From Octopus vulgaris (Eukaryota): a stretch of DNA of 64,000 nt. Location: assembly GCA_951406725.2 (NCBI GenBank), contig OX597836.1:24428001-24492000 (forward strand), in the 5' to 3' direction. Made by a program: the position numbers and the translations under genes. The first letter of the stretch is position 1. Each line of letters starts with the position of its first letter. Of this stretch, positions 15,250 through 27,682 are shown piece by piece. The notes beneath the pieces were generated by a model. It was not told the origin of the DNA, did no database searches, and saw nothing but the letters and a program-made list of their open reading frames with translations.

Positions 15250-16560
15250 AACGGTGAGAACTTTCCTCCTGTAACAAAACAATATCTCACAATGCAATAT
15301 TGCAACAGTGAGATATCGATAAGTGGGATACTTGACTGGACTATACAGGAAATCCACTCCATATACTGAAAAATCCTCAAGATTCTGATTTTAACAACTA
15401 AGCTTCCATAGAAACAATGATATTGACCGACTCTATCTCAGAAGAAAAGAGGGAAGAAGATGCTTAAGATCAGTTCAGACAGCCTTCGAGTGCCGCATTA
15501 TATCACTCAGTATCTGTTAAATAACGGCATCGGAAGTACATACATAGACCAGATGCTCAAAAAGGAATTAAATAACATTCTGCGGGCCAACAGTAAACTC
15601 CTCCAGAAGCAATCATTTTCTGATGTCTCAATCACAATCCCACACGAAGCCAGAAGAGCAAAGCTTACATATCTCAGTAAAGACCTAGAAGAGAAACCGT
15701 CTACATACCACAAAAGGGTTATACATGGATCTTGATGATGATAATAACATGATATCTAACCTCTCTTGGAACTGTAACCATCAATCTCGAAAGTTACTCT
15801 TTTGCAATCCAAGAGCAGGAGACAACTATGTGATACCGAATGGACAAGCAAGAGAGAGCAACCTTTAAAATCCCCAGAAGTTGATTATGTCACTCTGCTG
15901 TGGATGACATAACATGTATTATCAGCAGCAGCTGTTTCAAAGTATCATCGAGGTATTAACTCCCAATGCTGTATGATGTTGATGCTAAACCAATATACAA
16001 CGCTATCCGCAGAGAAAAAGATTGCCCTGGGATAAATATAAGCACCGCCTCTATTAAGGAAGACACACTTATCAGAACAAGGAATATTGACAGAACATTT
16101 CCATCAAAACTGCTATCTAGTGCAAAAATAACGAACCTCACATAATGACTTGGGACGGAGGAAAATGTCATATACAGTCATAGATGCTAGTTACCCTGAA
16201 AATGTGAATATCTCTTCCAAAAATCAACCAGAAGAGTGATATTTACGGAAAAGTACTTCGAAACCAGCGCCTTCTCTACACTGGTTATAAATTCAAAGTT
16301 ATACCAATAGTTACTGGAGCACTTGATTATGTTAGTAAATGTCTAAGTCATAATCAAGAACGGCTAGAATTTTCAAGCAAAGAAGAGACCAGGAAGCACG
16401 CACTTACGAATATAGAGCGGTATATAGAACAGTAAAAATATGCAAGATTTTTCTAAAGTTCAACATGGAAGAATTCGTTGTTGTTATCCGAATTCCAGCG
16501 ATGGAACTTCTGTTTCTTTGTTAGAAACCAGCTTCTTTCAACAAAGAATTCTCATAAATA
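15250..16560 (+). mobile_element. Decayed R4/Dong-clade (RLE) LINE, 3' part
   Basis: Broken frames give ESYSFAIQEQE, DDITCIISS.C.KVSSRY*LP..DV.AK (zinc-knuckle region) and YKFKVIPIVTGAL. An A-rich tail lies near 16558-16575. Confidence 0.65.
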
Positions 16561-16588
16561 AAAAAAAAGCAAAATATACATATTCATT

Positions 16589-17000
16589 AGGCACAGGTGT
16601 TGCTCTGTGGTAAAAAGCTTGCTTCCCAATTACAAGGTTCCGAGTTCAGTCCCACTGCATGGCACCTTGGGCAAGTGTCTTCTCCTCTAGTCTCGCGCCG
16701 ACAAAAGCCTTGCGAGTGGGTTTGGTAGACGGAAACTGAAAGAAGCCCATCGTATGTATGTATATACGTGTGTGTGTGTATCCCCTTGTGTTTGTGTTTG
16801 TCCCTCACCGACTCTTGACAACCGGTGTTGGTGTGTTTACGTTCCCGTAACTTAATCTTTCGACAAAAGAGACCGATAGTATAAGTAGTAAGCGTTAAAA
16901 ATGATAAGTTCTGGGATTAATTTGCTGGACTAAAACCCTTCAATGCGATGCCCCGACATGGCCGCAGTCTGATAACTGAAACAAGTAAAAGATAAAAGAT
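16589..17000 (+). mobile_element. SINE family A, full length
   Basis: Head, CORE-like segment, short internal microsatellite and tail are all present. Confidence 0.8.
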
Positions 17001-17261
17001 ATAAAGACATACATACATACACAAAGTCGCACATTTATAAGAGCAGGAGCCAGACGGTTAAATCACCCTTATTACAGACAAAGTAACGATAATAATGATT
17101 TCTTTCATTGGCACAAGGCCACAAATTTACAGTGAAGGTAAACAGAAGGAAAGATCAGCTTCCGGTACATCAGAGAATCTAAAACTACGACAGAGAACAG
17201 TGAAACACAGCGTCAACATTGGCTGGATTTTAATTCAACAAGTAATAGCGGGAGGGTGACA

Positions 17262-17425
17262 GTCGATTACATCGATCCCAGTACGCAACTGGTACTTAAT
17301 TTATCGACGCCGAATGTATGAGAGGTAAAGTCGACCTCGATAGAATTTGAACTCAGAACGTAGTAGTGGACGAAATACCGCAAAGCATTTCGCCTGGCGT
17401 GCAAACCATTCTGCCAGCACACCGC
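17262..17425 (-). mobile_element. SINE family B copy
   Basis: Reverse complement of the family B head and central domain. Confidence 0.75.
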
Positions 17426-17588
<163 letters not shown>

Positions 17589-17589
17589 G

Positions 17590-18575
17590 AAAGAAATAAG
17601 AGCGAGCTTGAGGAAATGGAGAGAGAAAAACCGGGGAAGAGATGACAATTAAGGAACTGCACCCAAAAAGCGATATTGATAGACTGTATGTGCCTAGGAA
17701 CAAGGGAGGAAGAGACCTCATAGGATGCAAGATCTGTGTTGCTAACGAGAACTGTCTGGGATGGTACATCAAACATCAAGATGCTATTAGAAATAATAAC
17801 ACGATACCTACCGAAAATGTGACGCACCCAAAAACATTTAAGAAACAAAATGAAGAACAACGAATAAACAACTGGAAATGAAAATAATGCAAGGGCAATA
17901 CCTCAGAGAAATCGAAGGGAAAGACAAGGCCAACAGCTTGGGGTGGCTAAGAAAAAGTGATCTGAAAGGATGCACTGAGGCATTGATATGCAGCGCCCAG
18001 GAACAAGCTCTAAGAATTAATTACACTAAGTTCCAAAGAGATAAGAGCAATGAGTTGCGACTTTGTAGAATGTGTGGCAGCAAAAACGAGACAATCCTAC
18101 ATATTGTGAGTGAGTGCAGAAAGCTGGCCCAAAAATAAGCACGATGACTGGCTAAGTTTGTTCACTGGAGACTATGTAAAAAGTACTGACTGAACAGAGC
18201 ACGGAAATGGTACAAACATGAACCAAATAGCGTCACTGAGACCAACGAATATAAGATCCTGTGGGATTATATAAGGCGGCGAGCTGGCAGAACCGTTAGC
18301 ACGCCGGGAGAAATGCGTAGCCGTATTTCGTCTGCCGCTACGTTCTGAGTTCAAATTCCGCCGAGGTCGACTTTGCCTTTCATCCTTTCGGGGTCGGTTA
18401 AATAAGTACCAGTTCCGCATTGGGGTCGATATAATCGTCTTAATCCGTTTGTCTGTCCTTGTTTGTCCCCTCTGTGTTTAGCCCCTTGTGGGTAGTAAAG
18501 AAATAGGGATTATATAATCCAATATGACTTCCTAATCGACGCTCGGAGATCAGACATTGCTGTGGTAGATGAACT
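17590..18575 (+). mobile_element. R4/Dong-clade LINE fragment following (TAA)n, interrupted by a SINE
   Basis: LHPKSDIDRLYVPRNKGGR, WLRKSDLKGCTEALICSAQEQAL, zinc knuckle CRMCGSKNETILHIVSEC, and RLE motif KILWDYIIQYD..I.ARRSDIAVVD split by the SINE at 18275-18505. Confidence 0.88.
18275..18505 (+). mobile_element. SINE family B (Meta-domain-like), full length with 12-bp TSD
   Basis: TSD GGGATTATATAA at 18263-18274 and 18506-18517, and a B-box-like GAGTTCAAATTCC. The central GCCTTTCATCCTTTCGGGGTCG.TAAA...GTACCAG resembles the MetaSINE domain as I recall it. Confidence 0.85.
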
Positions 18576-18582
18576 AAAATAA

Positions 18583-19722
18583 TGTAGGAATGGAATTAGG
18601 GATTGAAAAGCGCGCTGTATTGTTAATAAAACGAGGAAGATTTGAAGGAAGCCATGGAATTGAAATGCCAACTAGGCAAACGATGAAATCAGCTGAGAAA
18701 GGACAGTGGTATAAGTATTTGGGAAAACTGAAGGCAGACGAAATAAAACACGAGGAAATGAAGTAAATTACAAGTAGGTAGTATATACAAGTAAGGAGTA
18801 TATAAGGAGAGAAAAGAAAATATTACAATTAAGGCTGAATTTAAAAAATGTTATTGAAGCAATAAAATCAGGAGCAGTATCACTTACCAGGTATGGAGCT
18901 GGAAATGTGGATTAAACAAAAAGCGAAATGCAGAAGCTTGACTGAAAAACTAGAAAGCTGTTGACTAAGTATGGAGCCTAACACTGAAAAGCTGACACCG
19001 GTTGTACATGAAGAGAGACTAGGAAGGAAGAGGCTTAATTGCTGTGGAAGACTGTGTGCAGATGGAACGAAATAGCTTACTTGGTTATTTGTAGAACATC
19101 ACAGAAAAGTCACTGAAGGCAGTGAATAATGAACAGATGATGAAGACTGGAAAATGAGAAAGGGACAAGAATGAAATTAAAAACGAACATGTTGAAAAGT
19201 AACCTTTCCATACTCGATATTGGAAACCCACTGAGTATGTGTGTGGAACAAAATCCTGGACTTGGTTGAAAAAAGGGCGATTTTAAAAAAAGAAAGTGAA
19301 AGCCTTATTGTAGCAGCTTAAGATCAAGCGCTGAAAACTAACATCTTGAGAAAATATGTATATGGGAAGAAGGTAGCTGGAAAAGGTAGAGTATGTGGAA
19401 TTCGTGATGAAACAATGGCACACGTTGCGGAATGTCGTAAGTTGGCTTAGGAAGAATATGAGAAATGGAAGTATAATTACGTTGTGAAAGTTTTACACTG
19501 GAAGTTTTGTCAGAAATGGGAGTATGATGCAGAAAGCACATGGTACGATCATGGGGTAGAAAGAGTACTTGAATCGGAAACATGCAAGACTTCGTGGCAT
19601 TTTTCCACTCAAACGAATAAGATGGGACATAACAAACCAGATATTATTATGGTAATAGACAAGAAAAATCGAATTTGCATACTGATTGATCCATCATGTC
19701 AATTCGATTCCAGGATTGTGTA
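18583..19722 (+). mobile_element. Second R4/Dong-clade LINE fragment (RT C-terminus to endonuclease)
   Basis: GMELGIEK, YKYLG, KTRKLLT.YGA, GRGLI.VEDC, then LHWKFCQKW...HNKPDII.VIDKKNRICILIDPSC.FD, with many stops. Followed by (TAG)n. Confidence 0.85.
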
Positions 19723-19731
19723 GTAGTTAGT

Positions 19732-19801
<70 letters not shown>

Positions 19802-19831
19802 TATTATGGTGGTGGTGGTGGTGGTGGTGGT

Positions 19832-19902
<71 letters not shown>
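19720..19902. repeat. (TAG)n/(GGT)n microsatellite
   Basis: Direct reading. Confidence 0.95.
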
Positions 19903-20049
19903 CAAGAACAAGAAGAAAAAGAGGAAGTGGATAAGGAGACGGAAGAGGAGATAAATCACAAAACTTGGCATAACACCTGCAGAATCAGCCAAATAATTGC
20001 ATTGTAGAACGTCGTCTGCCGAATACTGGCCAACATTAGAATATCGGCG

Positions 20050-21750
20050 GAAAATATCTCTCGATCCTTACTGAAAACTAACAAAGAAACGACACAACTA
20101 AAGGAAAACAAAGAAAAAAGATTGAGAAATGACACAGAAATGTCACAAAATTTGAAGTATCCGAACTTAAAGAATTCCAGGAGAAAGTGACCCTCGCCAA
20201 AACGCACGGAATTTGTCGGAATGAAAAGTAACAGTGATTCTTTGAACAAAACAGATCGTTAAATACAACAAAAAGTTCTTTCACGAAAAATTAGTAGAAA
20301 TAAAAAAGTAAAATAGAAATTTAGAGAGTCGAATGGGGAATGTAGGTGATTCCATAAAAATTGTGGGTGTCAATAACAAGAGATGAAATAGCTCAGACCA
20401 ATTGGATGTAATCACTACACGATGTGATCACAAGTTTCTGATTAAAAGATTTCAGTGGCATTCATAAGGAATTGGTAGAAACTTTTACTAAAGCACTGAC
20501 TGAGCCAAAGGTAAAACAGGCTTAGCTCAAAAGTCAGGTATTATCAATTAAGTTAATAGCTCCAGGTGTCTTCCTTGAAGGGACAATCATCTTAATGTAT
20601 GTGACTAAAAGAACGTCAAACCTTGAAAACTATAAACTCATAATCATCTTTTCTGGGGACTTACAAAGCTTTCACTGCAATAATATCGCAAGGAGTAAAA
20701 AACGGGAAGAGAACAACCTATTTCTAGAAAAGCAGATGAGAGTTTGCAGAGGGTCATGTGACTGCAAAGGTCAACAACTGAGGAATAAAATCATAACCGA
20801 AGACTGATGGAGAAAGAAATTATTTGATTACAGCTTGGATTGACAACCAGGAAGATTGACAACCGGGAGATTGGATGTAGATGAAAGGACACAAAACTGA
20901 GATTGGCGGATTCTTGCTTCCCACTAGAAACCACAAAAAATTGTGTTATATTGCATTATACTTTGTTATAATGCAGGCAATGTGAAGACTAAAAACTAAG
21001 TTAATATAGGACTACAAAAACAAAACGACATAGCAAATTGGTAAGACATAAAGCCGCTAAATGGCCAATATATGATGAAACTGAAGAGATTTGACAGAGG
21101 CAGAAAAAAAATTGCAAGACTTAAACTCGCGATTAAGAGATTAGTGGTTGCAGTTCAGGATGAAAGCCTCTTAACCAGAATCCACAAAAGCATAGAATGA
21201 AGATTTAACCCATGATGTTACTGCAGAATACAGAGAGGGAAAGGAATCATTTAAATGAATTGTCTCTGTTTGTGCAGTTAAAATCAAGACGGAATGCATC
21301 TACGGAATGATAGATTAAGTGATTGCGTATTCTGGAAGTTATGCGAGCATTATGAAATAAGTATAGACATAGACCAGAGAAAAGTTTCAGAGAATGAGAA
21401 AGAGACCATATTCTGGGATATGATAATCCACATCAACGAAAAAACCAATCCACACTAACTGGATAACCTTATCGACTAATCATTCCCAACAAATGAGGCA
21501 TTTTGAGATATATTATCATGCATCTCCATAAAGAAAATGGAGGAATTATTCAGACATAAAGATCTAGAAATAGAGATAACCAGTCTGTATAGACTGACTA
21601 CAGAATCAATCCTCGGCAATAAATAAAATATCATGCTCACAAGAACATAATCAAAATCCTTGAATGGACAGAGAAATTACCACAAGCACTGCCCACATCT
21701 CGAACAATGCATTCAACAGAAAGGAAAATAAGAAACCAAAGCAAAAGACT
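20050..21750 (+). mobile_element. Heavily decayed R4/Dong-like LINE
   Basis: Fragments AWID, LVVAVQDESLLTR, ILWDM.IH and K.DLEIEIT occur in the expected order on a purine-rich + strand. Confidence 0.55.
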
Positions 21751-22029
21751 TCATACAACCAAGGTCTGCCGAGCTGTAGATGGCAAAGCAGTGGAGTATG
21801 CAATGCAAATAAGACCACGGAATAATTCAAATCAGAGTAATGATAATGAAAGACAAAGAGAACCATATATTCCAGGTTTCGTGAAGTGTCCAGGAATGGT
21901 TTGCATGGGAAAGTGGGGAGAGTTATCAGCATACTTTTATGTTGTCGAAACAGAATATTCTTCATGCAACTTTGATCGATTTGAATATATTTTGAGAAAT
22001 ACATTAAGAAATATTAAGCTGTTCGTATA

Positions 22030-22245
22030 TTCTTTTATTCTGTTCTTTCATTTACTTGTTTCATCCATTAGACTGCGACCATGCTGGAGCAGCGCCTTGA
22101 CGACAAATCCACCTCAGTATGTTTGTTTATTTTAAGACTGGTACTTATTCTATCGGTCTCTTTTTGTCGAACTGATAAGCTACGGGGGCAGATATAACCA
22201 AACCAACACCAGTTGTCAAGTGGTGGCGAAGGACAAACACATAGA
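22030..22245 (-). mobile_element. SINE family A, 3' half
   Basis: Reverse-complement tail and body up to the internal microsatellite. Confidence 0.7.
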
Positions 22246-22296
22246 TATATAGTTAAATTCACACACACACACACACTCAAACTCGCATATAGATAT

Positions 22297-22329
<33 letters not shown>

Positions 22330-22331
22330 TC

Positions 22332-22421
<90 letters not shown>

Positions 22422-22434
22422 CAGAGAGACGGAC

Positions 22435-22516
<82 letters not shown>

Positions 22517-22555
22517 ACACTTGTCTTCATCATTTGTTTTTTAGTAAATTTCAAC

Positions 22556-22596
<41 letters not shown>

Positions 22597-22664
22597 TACC
22601 TTGAGGAAAATGTATAATGCATGAGGGAGCCACGGTCTACACAAGATAATGTAATAATGTAGGT

Positions 22665-22737
22665 GGCCGCGTAGACTAATGGATAAGGCGTCTGTCTGCG
22701 AATCAGAAGATACCGAGTTCATATCTTCTCGTGGTCT
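22665..22737 (+). pseudogene. tRNA-Arg-derived pseudogene (anticodon position reads GCG)
   Basis: 73 nt collinear with metazoan tRNA-Arg(TCG): GGCCGCG TA GACT AATGGATA AGGC G TCTGT CTGCGAA TCAGA AGATA CCGAG TTCATAT CTTCT CGTGGTC T. The acceptor stem pairs fully. The D and anticodon stems each have one mismatch. The T stem and B box are damaged. Confidence 0.8.
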
Positions 22738-22749
22738 CAGACTTTCCAT

Positions 22750-22923
22750 AGGCGCAGGAGTGGCTGTGTGGTAAGTAGCTTGTTTACTAGCCACATGGTT
22801 CCGGGTTCAGTCCCTCTGCGTGACAACTGTGGCTAGTATCTTCTACTATAGCCTCGGGCCGGCCAAAGCCTTGTGAGCGGATTCGGTAGACGGAAACTAA
22901 AAGAAGCCCGTCGTATATATATG

Positions 22924-22954
<31 letters not shown>

Positions 22955-23145
22955 TTGTGCGTCTGTGTTTGTCCCCCTACCATCGCTTAACAACCGATGC
23001 TGGTGTGTTTACGTACCCGTAACATATCGGTTCGGCAAAAGACCGATAGAATAAGTACTAAGCTTACAAAGAACAAGTTCTGGGGTCTATTTGTTCGACT
23101 AAATGCGATGCTCCAGCAAGGCCGCAGTCAAATGACGAATAAAGG
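22750..23145 (+). mobile_element. SINE family A, full length
   Basis: Starts AGGCGCAGGAGTGGCTGTGTGG about 12 nt after the tRNA-Arg pseudogene. Confidence 0.85.
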
Positions 23146-24378
23146 AATATATCGCTGTAAAGGAAAGTGTTGTAGTGAATCAGCGTTAAACGAGGAAACA
23201 GTTTCGTTGAGATAAAATGGGATTGTACTGAGTTACGGGATATGAGATATGACTTTGAGGATGAGTGGGGCAGTTGATTGGCTGGATTTTCAGAGCGTGG
23301 GACTAGATACTTTGCAGTATTTATTCCGTCTCTTTGAGTTCCGTGGTTTTGGGGATGGCTGATTTGATCCATCATTTGGTTTAAAATTACAAATTAGCAG
23401 CCACTGCGCCTGTAGCAAGAGTCTTTTCTGTTGCAGAGCATGCGCACTGGGCTTCTGGTTTGCGGATAACCACCGCCTTCTTACCACCAATCTTGAAGGC
23501 GGTGAAAATATAAAAAATGAGAGCCACCCTTTCCAGCATAGTTAAAGCTGTACGAAAATGCCATTATGTAAACTACGGAATACACCTATTTGTCTACAGC
23601 GAGAAATGTTCTTCCTGACAAAATACAGTGAATGATCTTGTTACGGGTTCGAACGCATATTTGTTATTATATAAACGGTGTTCTATTACGTACAAATCAT
23701 CTGTTGTTTGTTAAGAAACAAAAACAGTTCATTTGTAATTACCTTATATGTTATTTAGACGAATTAAATGAAATAGGATATTGTCACCGGTGACTGGTTT
23801 TGGCGATTTGATTTCCTTCACTGAATTTAATATCACATGTACCCCACTCCGGCGACACACGCACACAATCGCGTATGCATGCACGCACACACACACGTGC
23901 ATGCATTTATTTATGTGTGTGTGCCCAAAAAGATTTGCGTTCCTCGCAGACATATATATATATATGAGTGTAAAGATGTGTATAAATATGTGTTGTGTGT
24001 AATAATGTGTGTGTATATATGTGTGTGTGTGTGTACGCGTGCGTGTGTAAATAATTGTATACATATTTGTGGGTATGTATGTTTTATTTTATTTTATGTT
24101 ATCTAGTTTCAGCTCACGAGCTGTGGCCATGCTGGGGCACCACCATATGCAGACACAAACGCACGGCGCGCACGCACACACATGCACACACACACACATA
24201 CAAACGCGCGTGTACACACATATGCATGTATGTGTTATTGTTTTTATAAGTCTATGTATATAAGTGTGTATATATATATATATATGTATGAGTTCATGTG
24301 TACTCACAGACATATATATTTGTGTACGTGTGTACATGTATGCGACTTTGTATGAATGTACACACACACACACACACG

Positions 24379-24417
<39 letters not shown>

Positions 24418-24715
24418 CCCCGCGGACATCGCACACACCTACTGAGAGAATGATAACAGCGAATGGAAAGTGAGCGAGAGAGGGAGATCTCTGTTGAGAC
24501 GTCAATGACTGCCTAAGTGTGTGTAAGCTGATAGCTAAGTACACATAAGTGGTAATGTATGAGACAGTATGATCTATACGACACTGCACGTGGAGGAGAT
24601 CATTGCCCAAATGTTTATATTGTGTGTTTGTATATGGGGTGTGTGTCTGAATGTGCGCGCGTGTGTGTGTGTGTGTGGACACATGTAGAGGTAGATAGAA
24701 ATATGTGTGTGTCTG

Positions 24716-24756
<41 letters not shown>

Positions 24757-24860
24757 ATATATACATATATATATATATATATATACAAATATATACACGT
24801 ATATATACATATATATATACATATATATATACATATATATATATGTATATATATATATAC

Positions 24861-24911
<51 letters not shown>

Positions 24912-25112
24912 CATATATACATACATGCATACATACATACGTACATAAATACATACATGCATACATAATACATACATACATACATACATACATACATACA
25001 TACATACATACATGCATACATACATACATACATACATACATACATACATACATACATACATGCATACATACATACATACATACATACATACATACATACA
25101 TACATACATACA

Positions 25113-25144
<32 letters not shown>

Positions 25145-25387
25145 CACATACAAAGGCATGGAAAATGGGAGGTGAGCTATAAAGCCGCTGTACAGCAAAG
25201 CCGTTTGGTATTTCTTTTACAGTGGTTGTTTTTTCTGTTAAACAACCATATCATAATCAAATCGAATACTTTGTAAAGTTTGATAATAAAGAAGTCGAGT
25301 GCTTGACGAGGGGATCCCTTGCGATACTGCATTAAAAATAGAACTATGCAAGGCCAATCAAGGTGGGGTTTTATATTCTGTGAATTA

Positions 25388-26218
25388 TTTTGTTTTTACT
25401 TGGTTTAGTCATTTTGGATGGCAACTATGCTGAGACACCACCTTGAGATGGGTTTTAGAGCCTGATATTTATTCTACCGGCTTCTTTTGCCGAACCGCTA
25501 AATAACGTGGACGTAAACAAACCAGCACCGCTTATCACGCAGCGGAGGGGAAAAAACACAGGCACACACCCATGCACGCATACGTACATACATACATACA
25601 TACATACATACATACATACATACATACATACATACATACATACATACACACTACGGCCTTCTTTCGGTTTCCATTTACTAAATCCACCCTCAAGGTTTTG
25701 GTACATTGGATCTTTTCGGTTTGAACGGTAGTTTTTAACATAATTTCTAGGTAACTAAAAAATATTAAACTTTGTATACTGGTAAAATGTGTTTATAAAA
25801 CATCTTTTTCTCTTGGCTTTATTGAGAAAATTCTATAGTTTGTAAGATATTTGTTGTTTTTTTTTCTTCAATTTCTGCAATTTCAATCAATCATTAACGT
25901 CCATTGAGGTAAAAAAAAAAGCATTCTGTGCGGTATGAAAATCTCCCTCGTTTAAGAAACAGATTGGGTTTATTTACATTTGTGAAGAAAAAAAGATACC
26001 CTTCCCCCCACCTCTAACCCTAAAACAGATTGAAATGCAATAGATCGATACTAGGGTTATAATTATGGGTGACAATTTCATATGACACCGCTAGAAAAAA
26101 CTGCCGTTCAAACCGAAAAGATCCGGTACATTTACTAAATTCACCCACAAGGTATCGTGTAGTGGGGCTGAACGCAAGACCACATGAATAGGAAGCATGC
26201 TTCTTAACCACACAGTCA
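25388..26218 (-). mobile_element. SINE family A, diverged, interrupted by the MITE
   Basis: Body lies at 25388-25707 and a head remnant at 26133-26218, either side of the TSD. Confidence 0.7.
25708..26124. mobile_element. Non-autonomous DNA transposon (MITE), Merlin-like
   Basis: About 29-bp TIRs, GGATCTTTTCGGTTTGAACGG(T/C)AGTTTTT, with one mismatch. Perfect 8-bp TSD GGTACATT at 25700-25707 and 26125-26132. GG...CC termini with an 8-bp TSD fit Merlin; the superfamily call is inferred. Confidence 0.85.
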
Positions 26219-26915
26219 GGCCAATTTATTATTAATTGTTTGAATTGACAAAAAAAAAATGAGAGAAAAAATTAGATTTAAAAAATCTTTCTCTTTCGTT
26301 TAAATATGAAAATTGTCTGAGAATATTTTCTTGTACTCAATGCTTCATGATTGAAAACACAAATTAATGTTAAATGGTAGCATTAAAGTTACGTTCGAAG
26401 CATTCCAATGTGTTTATATTGTATATTTTTCACACAAGATATAGCGAAATTTATCTTATTGATAAGTCAACATAACGCACATGAATCCCAGGGGTGAAAC
26501 CCAGTTGGTTGTTCAAATTTCTACTCGCCTTCCACCATGCAGATAAATATATATCGATTCTAATCATCTCGCAATTTGATTTCAACATCGAACAGTCTTT
26601 GTTTTCCGTTCATATATACTCTCCAACAATGAACAACACTTCCCTTTTATATTAACACGGTTTGGGGTTTTGCTTTTGTAATATATCGTATTTAGAAAGG
26701 TTATTTTTATTGTGAAACATTATAAAAATACCGTTTCGATAAATTAGATTTAGGAAATTAATATCGTATATAGGAAATGAAAAGAACGAAACTTTCATTT
26801 GATGACCAACATTAAAGCGGGCTTTATTGAAGTAGCCGTTGCTATTTTACCTCAGCACTTCCGGTTTCTGGAAACATTTGTAATTCTGGAACACACGCGT
26901 GCTCACAGCCACCCA

Positions 26916-26985
<70 letters not shown>

Positions 26986-27036
26986 CACGCATGCTCACAG
27001 CCACCCACGCTCACACCCGCACGCACGCATGCACGT

Positions 27037-27068
<32 letters not shown>

Positions 27069-27294
27069 GCGAGCTGGCAGAACCGTTAGCACGCCGGGCG
27101 AAATGCGTAGCCGTATTTCGTCTACCGTTACGTTCCGAGTTCAAATTCCGCCAAGGTCGACTTTGCCTTTCATCCTTTCGGGGTCGATAAATTAAGTACC
27201 AGTTACACACTGGGGTCGATATAATCGACTTAAATTCGTTTGTCTGTCCTTGTTTGTCCCCTTTATGTTTAGCCCCTTGTGGGTAGTAAAGAAA
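27069..27294 (+). mobile_element. SINE family B copy
   Basis: Near-identical to 18275-18505. Confidence 0.85.
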
Positions 27295-27575
27295 CATATA
27301 TATATGCATACTCTCTTATGTTTTTACAGTTTTATTCAATGGCGTGCGGCCATGCTAGCTCGCTGATTGGAAAGGGGTTTTCTCAGTCGATCAAACTGAC
27401 GCCAGTTGTTACCTTATAAGTCTGGTTAGGGGATGTAAAGAAACCTACACCGATCCTCAAGTTCTAAGGGACGGACATAACTGCACCCACATACGTACAC
27501 ATACACTCCGCTACCCACCCCCACCCACACATATATATATACAGACATAAAAATACGTATGTATATATACATCGA

Positions 27576-27682
<107 letters not shown>

